DNA from: Candidatus Heimdallarchaeota archaeon
Lineage (GTDB): Archaea; Asgardarchaeota; Heimdallarchaeia; Hodarchaeales; Hodarchaeaceae
Assembly: GCA_048881705.1 (NCBI GenBank)
Contig: JBHLSH010000008.1
Span: 10,728-74,727, forward strand
DNA length: 64,000 nt
Reading direction: 5' to 3'
Numbering within the stretch: position 1 is the stretch's first letter; each line of letters opens with the position of its first letter. Both the position numbers and the translations under genes were made by a program. Shown here piece by piece: positions 38,681 to 47,884 of this stretch. The notes under the pieces are model-generated. The model was not told the origin of the DNA. It did not search any database and was given only the letters and a program-made list of their open reading frames with translations.

Positions 38681-39260
38681 AGATTTTTTACGAATTATAA
38701 AAGGATTTGTACTCTTTATAGGACCTACTCAAGCAGGCAAAACATCTATCCTCAGACGTTTGGTTACGGGCAAATTCGAAGATCCTGAGCCTACACTTGG
38801 ATTTCGTGAGGAAAATATCGCAAAAGTTAGAGTTATAGAGATTGGAGGTCAATTGGAATTCAAAAAACATTGGGGAACGGCCATTGAACAGAAACCAGTC
38901 TGGATATTTTACGTGGTAGATATCACCAGACATGATGAATTTGGGGAATTCGAAGAATTTGTGGCGAAGCTTGAAGCAGTTGATTCTGGAATACGTAAAA
39001 AAATCACTCTGGTATTAAACAAGGTTGACAAACTAGAAGGGGTTACAAAAACCGTACCACCATCAAATTCAATCACATGTAGTGCAAAAACAGGTGAAGG
39101 TATGATAGACCTGCTTGAGGAGGTAGCAAGTAATAAAGATGCGATAGCATCAGATACAAGCGATCTTGGTACTGTTACTACTGAAGAAGTTTCCTCAAAT
39201 GATCAAAAAGGGGAAACTGATACCGAGACACTTCTTAATGAATACAAAGATAAGTTTTAA
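38673..39260 (+). CDS. Arf-like small GTPase (Ras superfamily)
   Basis: G1 GPTQAGKT, G2 PTLGF, G3 EIGGQ..W, G4 NKVD, G5 CSAK. ATG at 38673 overlaps the upstream stop by 8 nt (track start 38595). Confidence 0.88.
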   Translation: MLRDFLRIIKGFVLFIGPTQAGKTSILRRLVTGKFEDPEPTLGFREENIAKVRVIEIGGQLEFKKHWGTAIEQKPVWIFYVVDITRHDEFGEFEEFVAKLEAVDSGIRKKITLVLNKVDKLEGVTKTVPPSNSITCSAKTGEGMIDLLEEVASNKDAIASDTSDLGTVTTEEVSSNDQKGETDTETLLNEYKDKF

Positions 39261-39293
39261 TCCCTGGAATTACGAAAGAGCGCTTTTTTTCAG

Positions 39294-39722
39294 CTAGGAT
39301 TTGTACAGATAGGCTTGTTTTAACCAATCCAGCAATTGTTTGTCAATTTCCTCTTGAGTTTCAATCATAACGACATGTACGATCGTCCCATTCATTTTTG
39401 CCGCTTTATAGATCCTCGGATGCGTAATCCGATCTGGTAATTTGAACTCGACCTTTATTTTATCCTTCAGAATGAAAATCATGCCAAATTGTGCACGCGC
39501 ACTCATATTGATTGCAAATGAAATAGCATCAAACCGAACGGGGAGTTCTGCCACCAGCTGATCCTTTAAACTCTGATATAATAGTTTTACCTTCTCGGAT
39601 TTTCCTTTGAGATGATCCCGCGGTTTTATCTTAGTACAAGTGTGGGATTGGTTTTTCCTAGCAAACTGCCTTTTGCATTTCTTGCATGTCCAAAGGTTAA
39701 TAGCCAATTCCAGACATCTCAT
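39294..39722 (-). CDS. DUF5655-like protein with N-terminal Zn knuckle
   Basis: WTCKKCKRQF..NQSHTC; IETQEEIDKQLLDWLKQAY. Confidence 0.75.
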   Translation of the reverse strand: MRCLELAINLWTCKKCKRQFARKNQSHTCTKIKPRDHLKGKSEKVKLLYQSLKDQLVAELPVRFDAISFAINMSARAQFGMIFILKDKIKVEFKLPDRITHPRIYKAAKMNGTIVHVVMIETQEEIDKQLLDWLKQAYLYKS

Positions 39723-39769
39723 TATGTTTGATACAGGATATTACAGATGGTTAGTCCCCAGAATAGATG

Positions 39770-41203
39770 CTAACTATTCCTGAGTTTATAATTGACTTTG
39801 TGCATCAAATGGCGCTCGTAATCAAACGTAATTTCGCCATTCGCATGAAAAGTGAATTCGACATCCATCGTACCATAAGGATTAACAACGTGGAATTTGT
39901 GCGGAGTGCTTGCCTCAGAGGATGGAATCAAAGGGAATGAGAATTTTTCAATGAGTTCTCCTTCAAGATATAGCAGGCCTGCTTTCTCTACAATTTCCAT
40001 TTTTACGGTTTTCTTGTAAGCTTCATATTTCCCTACGATCTTCTCAAAAAAATCCCTGCGTTCGATAAACGGTAGTTCCTTATCAGGTTCTTTTCCCATT
40101 AGGAGGAGAAATGCATAGTCGATTAGATGGCGAGGAAGCCAACCGATATTGTAAAGCTGAGCGTAAGTCACCTCCAATTCGGGAATAAACCCAATATATC
40201 CTCCCGAGACTCCAGAAGAGCCGCTATGTGTGATCAATGTATATCCATGATAATTTTCTACAACTCCCCAGCCATAACCGTAAGCGCTTTTTCCACGGTG
40301 CAATAGAAAATTCCTACCTGTCAAATTAGTATTGTGAGGCTTTCGCATTTCCAGGATGAGATCTTCTTTAAGAATCTGGTTTCCATTAAACGACCCATTA
40401 TTGAGATGAAATAATAAGTAGTTTGTAAGTTCACGAACCGTTGAATTTAATCCTCCTGCTCCTGAATTAAATGGACCTGAGAGATGCGGTTTGGGTATTC
40501 GCTTGAGTTTCTTTTTTTGGGTTTCCTCCCCATATGCCCTGGAGGCATCTTTATCTTTTTCAAGCTCATCCCTAGAAAAAGTGCTTCGCTTCATGCCTAG
40601 TGGGGAGAAAATCTTCTCTCTCATATATTGCTCATACGACACCCCCGCGACTTTACTTATAATCTGGCTTAAAATCGTAAACCCACCATTAAAATAATAA
40701 AATTTCTTTCTTGGAGCATTAAGAACTTCTTTTTTTGCATCGTTCATGTGAAACCAAAAATCATCCCAATTCCCCATGGGAAAATTAGGAATACCGCCAA
40801 CAAATAACTCCTCATTGATAATAGGAAAAACATAATCGCTTAAAGAGGGGATCCCCGAGGCATGGCACATTAGATGATGAATCGTGATGGGATCCTCTTC
40901 AAAACCGATTGTCAGGGGAACATACTTCGAAATAGGGTCATAAATATTCAGTTTGCCCTCCTGATGTAATTGAAGGATGCCAACACAAGTCATGGACTTG
41001 GTAATGGACGCGATACCATATAAAGTATCGAGGGACGCAGGTTTTCCGCCCTGCCATTCACGTGAACCATAAGCACGTTCATAGAAAACTTCTTGCTTTT
41101 TTGTGATCAAAATCGACATACCAGGAACTTTATTATCGCGCATCAAGTGAACAGCTTCTCTATCGAATTTCCTCTTGAAATCTCTTATCTCTATTTCTTT
41201 CAT
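39770..41203 (-). CDS. Serine hydrolase, beta-lactamase class C/S12 family (Pab87-like peptidase)
   Basis: SxxK (ASITKS), YxN (YYFNGG), HSG, LMCHASG, MREKIFSPLGM, C-terminal extra domain. ATG at 41203 (track start 41233). Confidence 0.88.
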   Translation of the reverse strand: MKEIEIRDFKRKFDREAVHLMRDNKVPGMSILITKKQEVFYERAYGSREWQGGKPASLDTLYGIASITKSMTCVGILQLHQEGKLNIYDPISKYVPLTIGFEEDPITIHHLMCHASGIPSLSDYVFPIINEELFVGGIPNFPMGNWDDFWFHMNDAKKEVLNAPRKKFYYFNGGFTILSQIISKVAGVSYEQYMREKIFSPLGMKRSTFSRDELEKDKDASRAYGEETQKKKLKRIPKPHLSGPFNSGAGGLNSTVRELTNYLLFHLNNGSFNGNQILKEDLILEMRKPHNTNLTGRNFLLHRGKSAYGYGWGVVENYHGYTLITHSGSSGVSGGYIGFIPELEVTYAQLYNIGWLPRHLIDYAFLLLMGKEPDKELPFIERRDFFEKIVGKYEAYKKTVKMEIVEKAGLLYLEGELIEKFSFPLIPSSEASTPHKFHVVNPYGTMDVEFTFHANGEITFDYERHLMHKVNYKLRNS

Positions 41204-41317
41204 AAGGGCACCATTCTGGTTTAACGTGGTCATCTAGCTCTGCACTAGAGACTACTTCGTTTTATAAATAGTAAACGAGTAAATAGATATTAATCGTCTC
41301 GAATCGTGGAATTTCAA

Positions 41318-42247
41318 TTATTGATGAGACAATAATAATCTTTTCGTGTTATTTCCAAGTATATCCCATCTATCCTCATCCGTAATGATTTTTCGAATCA
41401 CCAAATCTTCCAAGATGCCTTTTTGTCTAAGAACCACATCGTGACGAAGGGCAAGACGCCCAGAATCAGTACCAAATAAAATATGTTGGGGGGTTAGCGC
41501 AAGTACGCTCTTCTCAAACACGGTGGTTAATGAGTCAATAGGACTCCATTGTATCCAATCATTAGATCCACTTGTATCAACGTATAATCGATCCTGGTGG
41601 GAATAAGCCATTAAAAAGATCTCGCGTAAGTATCCTGCACCAAAATGCGCAATAATATATCGTTGTTCTTCTAATTTAGGATTTTGTAACCAAGGACGGA
41701 GTTCGATTGGATTGGCAGGCCAGCTTGCGAGATTTCTTGGCCCACCTTTCATAACTCCAAAGTGAATCATCGGTACCAAGTCTAAATCAAGACACTTTTC
41801 TAGATAAGGAAGAACACGGTGGTCATTAAAATCAAAATCATTCCCCCATGCCCCAGGATAGAATTTTATCGATACGGCGCCTTTTTTCTTATATTCATCT
41901 ATCATATCTGGTGAATCATATCGTGGATCAATAAACGGGATTAACGCTGGGAATTTATCTGGGAACATTTTATGTGCCTGGTATACGGTATCAAAATCAC
42001 CACTAAATGACATGAGGAGAACTTGGTCGACGTTTGATTTCTCCATCTCTGTTACAGTTAATCTGGCCCGCTGTTCCGTTGTAGGGAGCGCCTCAATGAA
42101 CTGTTTTAATTCAGGATTGGTTTCTAAAATGTCGTCTGGAAAATTTTGTTTGAACGCTGGAATGCTTGATTTGGTGAAAAAATGATGATGAACATCACAG
42201 GTGAGTTTTTCATTCACTTCGCTAGATTTAGAAAGTTCGTATGACAT
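41318..42247 (-). CDS. Amidohydrolase_2 family protein
   Basis: DVHHH, IKFYP, MIHFG, IAHFGAG, YVDTSG, ILFGTDS, ILGNN. Confidence 0.88.
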   Translation of the reverse strand: MSYELSKSSEVNEKLTCDVHHHFFTKSSIPAFKQNFPDDILETNPELKQFIEALPTTEQRARLTVTEMEKSNVDQVLLMSFSGDFDTVYQAHKMFPDKFPALIPFIDPRYDSPDMIDEYKKKGAVSIKFYPGAWGNDFDFNDHRVLPYLEKCLDLDLVPMIHFGVMKGGPRNLASWPANPIELRPWLQNPKLEEQRYIIAHFGAGYLREIFLMAYSHQDRLYVDTSGSNDWIQWSPIDSLTTVFEKSVLALTPQHILFGTDSGRLALRHDVVLRQKGILEDLVIRKIITDEDRWDILGNNTKRLLLSHQ

Positions 42248-42638
42248 AATGTTGCCCGGAGAGAAGCGAATATTTCAGTATGCTGTTTGGTACTTCGCAA
42301 TTAGGGTAGCAACTCCCAATCGGGCCGTGAGAAAAATCGTAAGGATCACCATTAAGTTCACATTTGGATACAATGCACCTTATTAACTGGCTATGGACTT
42401 ATTTCATCGTAGTAAGTAGATAGTAAGGAGTGAATCAACTGCATCGCTAAGAGAAGATTAGAAATGAGATGATTTGGATGGAACCTAGAAATGAAATATC
42501 AAAAACACATAAGAGAAGGAAGAAATGAATTTGAATCGAGATCAAACCGGCTGGTTTCCCTTCCCGAACTGAAACGCCTTATTGGACGGTATAATCCTCA
42601 CAAGATGGATCTTCTCAATATAGCCTTGAAAAATTCCC

Positions 42639-44135
42639 TTATTTCCTGCTTTGTCGGTGGATAGATAGTCCCAACGCCCCCAGGATTCCCAGAATCAAAA
42701 TCATTGTAGGAAAAAAATGAGAGGGAATTCCATCGGAAGGTTTTTGCGTTGAAGAAGTTCTAGGAAAATAATCGTGATTAATCGTTCCTCCCTCGATAAG
42801 ATAGGGCCGATCCACGAGGCCATCCAGATTGATATCTGGGGATGTCCAGTCACTCCAATAATTATAAGCAATATAGTTGTTGTTTCCATCATCATATGCT
42901 TGGGAGGTTCCGTTTGGATTGTTTTCGATGAAATCGTTCCAAATTACCGAATTATTGTGGGACGAAGATAAAGCTATTCCTCGGTCATAGTTTCCTCTAA
43001 ATGCGTTACCGGAGATAATGCATCTACTTGTGGTATCTATCCCAAGGCCGGATCCACTGTTATTAACAATAAGGTTGAACATAATGGAACACTCGCTAGA
43101 AGAAGATAAGAAGATCCCATTTCCATCATTGTCTGTCAGGTTGTTTTTAGCAATGGTGGTATTACCAGAAGCTAATAAAAATATACCAGATGCCCTATTA
43201 CTATTAATGGCATTATAAATTATGATATTATCGCCTGAAGAAAGACCAATAACACCATTTTGAATGCTGTCGGTAATAGAGTTATTTGATATCGTGTTGG
43301 CAATACTATACTCCATAAAGATTCCCCATTCGTTGGCGGTCAATAGATTGTTTGAAAAAAGATTTGATTCCGAGCTCAGAAGAGCGACTCCGTACTTGCT
43401 ATTGTGAGTGAAAACATTATCTGAAACGGCGTTGTTATACGAATGTGCGATCCTAATTCCCCCTTCACTGCTGTGATTAATTATATTTTCTGCGATGATA
43501 CTCGTTACGACCGATTCAAGGGAAATCCCATATCCTGCATTATCGAGAAGGATATTGTCCGTAGTTCTAGTAGTACCTGTTCTCAATTGGAAAATGCCAT
43601 CAGCAGCATTTTCTGTGATCATATTACTATTTATGGTGATATTATGGGAGTCCTGAACATAGATGCCATATCCGAGGTTTTGGGTGACTGTATTATTGTA
43701 AATATGAGCATTAAGACTGTTTTCTAAACGAATGCCGTCCATAGCTCCTTCTAACCGACAATACCTGACGTCAAAAAACACGGTTGTATTTACAATTGAA
43801 ATCGCATAGGCGCCGCCGACTATGCCAAGCTCCTCGATAATATATGGCGATGCCGCAGATCCATCCCCTGACCAGTTCTCGGTTGTGGATTGTATCTGAA
43901 AATCCTCGTTTCCCTGGATCAATATAGGCAAATGACTTTCAAAGGATACGGTGGGGCTGACAGCTGAATGGATCTTGTTGGTATTTCTTTGGATTACTGG
44001 TAGATGACTTCCGTGCCCAAAAAGTGATTGAGTTTCGCTGATATGCCCCACTTTTGGTGAGATTAATGCAATGAGTATTAATATCGCAAAAAATCCTTTT
44101 ACGGCTTTTTTTTTAATTTTCTTTGAGAATTTCAA
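42639..44135 (-). CDS. Cell-surface parallel beta-helix (NosD/CASH-repeat) glycoprotein
   Basis: Signal peptide; HLPILIQGNEDF..WSGDGS..PYII; many GI.L..S.NN.I..N repeats; NYW; C-terminal TM plus basic tail; many sequons. Confidence 0.88.
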   Translation of the reverse strand: MKFSKKIKKKAVKGFFAILILIALISPKVGHISETQSLFGHGSHLPVIQRNTNKIHSAVSPTVSFESHLPILIQGNEDFQIQSTTENWSGDGSAASPYIIEELGIVGGAYAISIVNTTVFFDVRYCRLEGAMDGIRLENSLNAHIYNNTVTQNLGYGIYVQDSHNITINSNMITENAADGIFQLRTGTTRTTDNILLDNAGYGISLESVVTSIIAENIINHSSEGGIRIAHSYNNAVSDNVFTHNSKYGVALLSSESNLFSNNLLTANEWGIFMEYSIANTISNNSITDSIQNGVIGLSSGDNIIIYNAINSNRASGIFLLASGNTTIAKNNLTDNDGNGIFLSSSSECSIMFNLIVNNSGSGLGIDTTSRCIISGNAFRGNYDRGIALSSSHNNSVIWNDFIENNPNGTSQAYDDGNNNYIAYNYWSDWTSPDINLDGLVDRPYLIEGGTINHDYFPRTSSTQKPSDGIPSHFFPTMILILGILGALGLSIHRQSRK

Positions 44136-44258
44136 GGACGCGCACAGGTCTTTGTCTTTGATATGGTCGAGTTCTTAAGTTGATTCGCGGATTTTAATCT
44201 TCTCATTGCCAGCATTTTTCTGAATTTAACGGATTACCTCTTCATCATAATATTAGAG

Positions 44259-44276
44259 AACACAGCGGGCTGTGTT
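44259..44276. promoter_or_regulatory. Perfect 8-2-8 inverted repeat
   Basis: AACACAGC-GG-GCTGTGTT about 125 bp upstream of the beta-helix gene, in a divergent intergenic region. Confidence 0.4.
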
Positions 44277-44400
44277 TAAGAAAAGTTATGTCCTTAAAAG
44301 GGTACTTCGCGAATGAGGAATTGAATATACGAAAAAGCCCTTTGGGTGACAGAATAAAATCGAAGGGACTGATATAGGACAAAAGGAGAGTCACGAAAAC

Positions 44401-44592
44401 TTGGTAGGTCTCCTAGGACTCGAACTTCCATTTTTTTGCTACATAGACGAAAAAAATCATTCTGGATCAGAAACAATGTACAGGTGTCAAAACTGCGGAA
44501 TATATATGTGTAGTGACTGTTATAAGGCGCTCACTATCACAGCAGGGCCGATTAAATGCCTTCAATGCAACGGTATTCTTACCTTGGCATAA
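44401..44592 (+). CDS. Small stand-alone zinc-finger (RING-like) protein
   Basis: C-x2-D-x3-H-x7-CQNC-x3-CSDC-x11-CLQC in 63 aa; TTG start. Confidence 0.5.
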   Translation: MVGLLGLELPFFCYIDEKNHSGSETMYRCQNCGIYMCSDCYKALTITAGPIKCLQCNGILTLA

Positions 44593-44712
44593 ATTTTGCT
44601 CACTTACGAACAGAAAAAACGCAAAAACCTGCGGCGATCCTTTAGGGATGAGATTACGGGATATTTTGGCTAGGAGAAAACAATTAGATACTATACTGTG
44701 GATTGTTGAGAA

Positions 44713-44886
44713 ATGAATGACCAGCTTCGAAAATTTAAAGAAAAAACCGCCGAAATTTCAGAGGAAAAGGCGAAAACAATCATGCTAAAGGCAAATGATT
44801 TAACATTTAAGGAACTAGAGGAGCGGGATGACCTACTAACATATTCACGTCTTCAACGGGAGTTTTCAAAAAAATCCTTTAAATGA
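44713..44886 (+). CDS. Small hypothetical protein, 57 aa (not in track)
   Basis: MNDQLRKFKEK...KKSFK; its TGA overlaps the ATG of the next ORF (ATGA at 44883-44886). Confidence 0.3.
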   Translation: MNDQLRKFKEKTAEISEEKAKTIMLKANDLTFKELEERDDLLTYSRLQREFSKKSFK

Positions 44887-45161
44887 TGGACAATTGGAGG
44901 TATAACAACGAGGACAGCGTAAAAAATTCAGCTTTATTCGAAGTACATGTCAAATACCAATATATGGTAAACTCTTGCTGGTTTCAGCCAAAAAACATTC
45001 CTGTTGTAACAAACGAGAGCGTTACGATAGCTCGGAGCGAGATATCACTACCTGAATTGCAAATCTGGATGGGAGTTCTCCAAAACATGGGAAATAGATT
45101 TTATATGTCCCGATTAATAGTCGCAAGGAAATCATTTAATTCATATCTATCCACCGAGTAA
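44883..45161 (+). CDS. Hypothetical protein, 92 aa
   Basis: ATGA-coupled to the upstream ORF; ends 7 bp before the methyltransferase. Confidence 0.3.
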   Translation: MMDNWRYNNEDSVKNSALFEVHVKYQYMVNSCWFQPKNIPVVTNESVTIARSEISLPELQIWMGVLQNMGNRFYMSRLIVARKSFNSYLSTE

Positions 45162-45168
45162 CGGGAAA

Positions 45169-46686
45169 ATGGGCCATAGAATCAAAGAATTTGGAGATTT
45201 TCAAACATCTGATGATCTTGCAGATGAAATCCTCCAGTACTTATTGCGTGAAGGAGTAAAACCCCAAACCATCATCGAACCAACATGTGGCAAAGGATCT
45301 TTCGTTAGATCAGCTCTCAGGTACTTCCCAAACACCAAAATTATAGCGAGGGATATTAATCGTAAATATATAGCAGGCATTAAATCTGATCTGGGTGAGA
45401 ATGCCAAACTAGATATTAAAGTTGCAGATTTTTTTAAGGTTCCTTGGACTAGAATAATAAAAAAGGCGGCTCCTCCTGTTTTGATTGTGGGCAATCCGCC
45501 ATGGGTGACAGCGGCCGATATGGGAGTGATGGAGGGAAATAATATACCTCAAAGATCGAATTTCGCAGGGTATGCGGGACTTGATGCAATAACTGGTAAA
45601 AGCAATTTCGACATATCTGAATGGATGAGTATTGAACTTTTGAAGGCCCTGGGTGGAAAATATGGTACCTTTGCCATGATTTGTAAGGCCAGCGTGGCTC
45701 GAAGGGTTTTTGAATTTCTAGCAAAGAGTTCTGTTTGGGTTCAATCAGCTTCTTTCTGCATTATCGACACGAAACGACATTTCAATGTTTCGACGGTAGC
45801 AGGCGTTTTCATCTGCACCATTAAGCCTGGGTTTAGAACGAACACCTGTCGGGTGTTAAGGGGATTAGAAAATGGTCCATTGGTTCAGGAAATAGGCTAC
45901 ATTGACCAAACGTTGGTCGCGGATATTTCTCTTTACCAAAAATATAGTTATTTAAAGGGAGCTGGCATTTATAGCTGGCGTTCTGGTATTAAACATGATT
46001 GCGCCTCCATTATGGAACTAGAACTTCGTGACGGCCATTTATTCAATGGACTAGAGGAGGAAGTTAAGATAGAGGATACCTATCTCTTCCCTCTGCTTAA
46101 AAGCTCAGATATCGCAAATAAGCGGACAACCTCTACCAGGAAATTTATGCTTGTAACTCAGACTTTTATTGGAGAAGACACACGAAAAATCGCAAATACT
46201 GCTCCAATGACATGGGAGTATTTAATGACACATCAAGAGCTGTTTGATGGAAGGAAAAGCAGAATTTATAAGGGGAAACCTCAATTCGCCATATTTGGGG
46301 TGGGAAGCTATACTTTCTCTCCTTGGAAGGTAGCGATTTCTGGAATGTATAAACATCTCACTTTCGAATTGATCTCCCCGCTTTATTCCAAACCGGTGGT
46401 CTTGGATGATACCTGTTACTTTATCCCAGCGCGCTCTCGTGAGGAGGCATCAATTTTACAGCACCTCTATATGCACTTCAAGGTACAAGGCTTCTATCGT
46501 TCCCTTATTTTCTGGGATTCCAAACGGCCAATCAAAAAGGAAGTATTGCAGCAATTAGATCCGAGGAACTTAGTAAAGGAAATAGGACTCGAGCAAATAT
46601 TACAGGGGATTAATGCCAAATCTCCAACCTTGGATCAGGACAAGGTAAGAAACGCGTTATCGTCTGTTATAGGATATCATGCCTGA
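45169..46686 (+). CDS. DNA amino-methyltransferase (m6A, gamma class, TaqI/NspV-like)
   Basis: FGDFQT, motif I IIEPTCGKGSF, motif IV GNPPW, followed by a target-recognition region (WRSGIKHDC). Confidence 0.85.
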   Translation: MGHRIKEFGDFQTSDDLADEILQYLLREGVKPQTIIEPTCGKGSFVRSALRYFPNTKIIARDINRKYIAGIKSDLGENAKLDIKVADFFKVPWTRIIKKAAPPVLIVGNPPWVTAADMGVMEGNNIPQRSNFAGYAGLDAITGKSNFDISEWMSIELLKALGGKYGTFAMICKASVARRVFEFLAKSSVWVQSASFCIIDTKRHFNVSTVAGVFICTIKPGFRTNTCRVLRGLENGPLVQEIGYIDQTLVADISLYQKYSYLKGAGIYSWRSGIKHDCASIMELELRDGHLFNGLEEEVKIEDTYLFPLLKSSDIANKRTTSTRKFMLVTQTFIGEDTRKIANTAPMTWEYLMTHQELFDGRKSRIYKGKPQFAIFGVGSYTFSPWKVAISGMYKHLTFELISPLYSKPVVLDDTCYFIPARSREEASILQHLYMHFKVQGFYRSLIFWDSKRPIKKEVLQQLDPRNLVKEIGLEQILQGINAKSPTLDQDKVRNALSSVIGYHA

Positions 46687-46718
46687 CTGTATTGGCCAAC
46701 ATCATACTTTTGGAGCCC

Positions 46719-47561
46719 TTACTCCTGATTTACAATCCACTGACTCATGTACTTCCGAGATGCACGTTGTGCAAGTCTTCCGACGCCCGGTAACCCCATA
46801 ATAGCCGTTTGTATATGCGTAGCCCAGTTAGGATACATAAATCCACTTTTTTTCGCTATAATTGCAGCTGCCATTGTTTGAGCGACTCGATCTGGTTGAA
46901 GGAGGTTCCACTTTATGTTCTGGATTAACGGGATAACCTTGCTACCAGGGGCCGTTTGAGCTTTTGAATACAAAGCCGTATCAACTTGACCAGGGCGGAT
47001 TACAAGGGTCTTCACTTTTGACGGTAATTCCTGACGCAAGGATCTTAATAGCACCTCTAGACCAGCCTTGGACCCAGGATATGATCCAAAAAAGGGAATA
47101 GGCAATATCGCTGATGTACTAGAGATAAATGCTAGATAAACAATTCCTCGGGAGTTATCTAGAATGGTTGGAAATATTTCCCGGATCATTAGAAGGGTAC
47201 CAAGAAGATTTACACGAACCACATGTTCTAGGACTCCTGAAGGAATAGAAAAGAATGGTCCGAATGTAATAACTCCTGCACAGTTAATTAATCCCGCAAA
47301 ATCCGTAATTTTTGCCTCTAATGAAGTTTTTAGGATCTCTCTGGAAGCAGCGTCAGTAATATCGCAGTCCTGATAATTTATCTGGTGATCATACGTGCGG
47401 AGGTTTTTCCGTGCGAGGACAAATTCAGAGGGATCGTGGCTAACTATTACTAAATGGGCTCCGTGAGATGCTAGGCGTTTACTAAGGGCTAGGCCAATTC
47501 CACTTGAGCCACCGGTTATTAGAAAGGTTTTACCGGCAAACCAGGCATTATTCGAACTCAA
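46719..47561 (-). CDS. Short-chain dehydrogenase/reductase
   Basis: TGGSSGIG, NCAG, catalytic S and YPGSK (YxxxK), IRPG. Confidence 0.9.
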   Translation of the reverse strand: MSSNNAWFAGKTFLITGGSSGIGLALSKRLASHGAHLVIVSHDPSEFVLARKNLRTYDHQINYQDCDITDAASREILKTSLEAKITDFAGLINCAGVITFGPFFSIPSGVLEHVVRVNLLGTLLMIREIFPTILDNSRGIVYLAFISSTSAILPIPFFGSYPGSKAGLEVLLRSLRQELPSKVKTLVIRPGQVDTALYSKAQTAPGSKVIPLIQNIKWNLLQPDRVAQTMAAAIIAKKSGFMYPNWATHIQTAIMGLPGVGRLAQRASRKYMSQWIVNQE

Positions 47562-47666
47562 ACAGAATCCATCCGTAATGTATAGTATTTTTATGGAAAT
47601 AAATCTGTTTTTTGGAATATATTTACAAACCCTTATTATGTAGAGATCACTAGGAAGAAAAGGAAC

Positions 47667-47858
47667 ATGCCTTCATTAAAATGCGGAACTTGTGGAAACA
47701 CGATCCCACTCCCACGTTGCGTTAAACATAAACAGGAAGTAGTTGTTGGGGAGCTTGGAGGAATCAGAAGTGTTTACTGCGCGGTAGAAGGGGAATCGTG
47801 CGCTTCTCAACCCCTTCCGAACTGTTGTCCAAATCCAGCGTATTCGCGATGGATATAG
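47667..47858 (+). CDS. Small Cys-rich metal-binding protein
   Basis: 63 aa with 7 Cys; internal repeat C..PLP.C occurs twice; AGGAA upstream of the ATG. Confidence 0.6.
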   Translation: MPSLKCGTCGNTIPLPRCVKHKQEVVVGELGGIRSVYCAVEGESCASQPLPNCCPNPAYSRWI

Positions 47859-47884
47859 CTTCGCATCCACGTCTTATTGACCTA

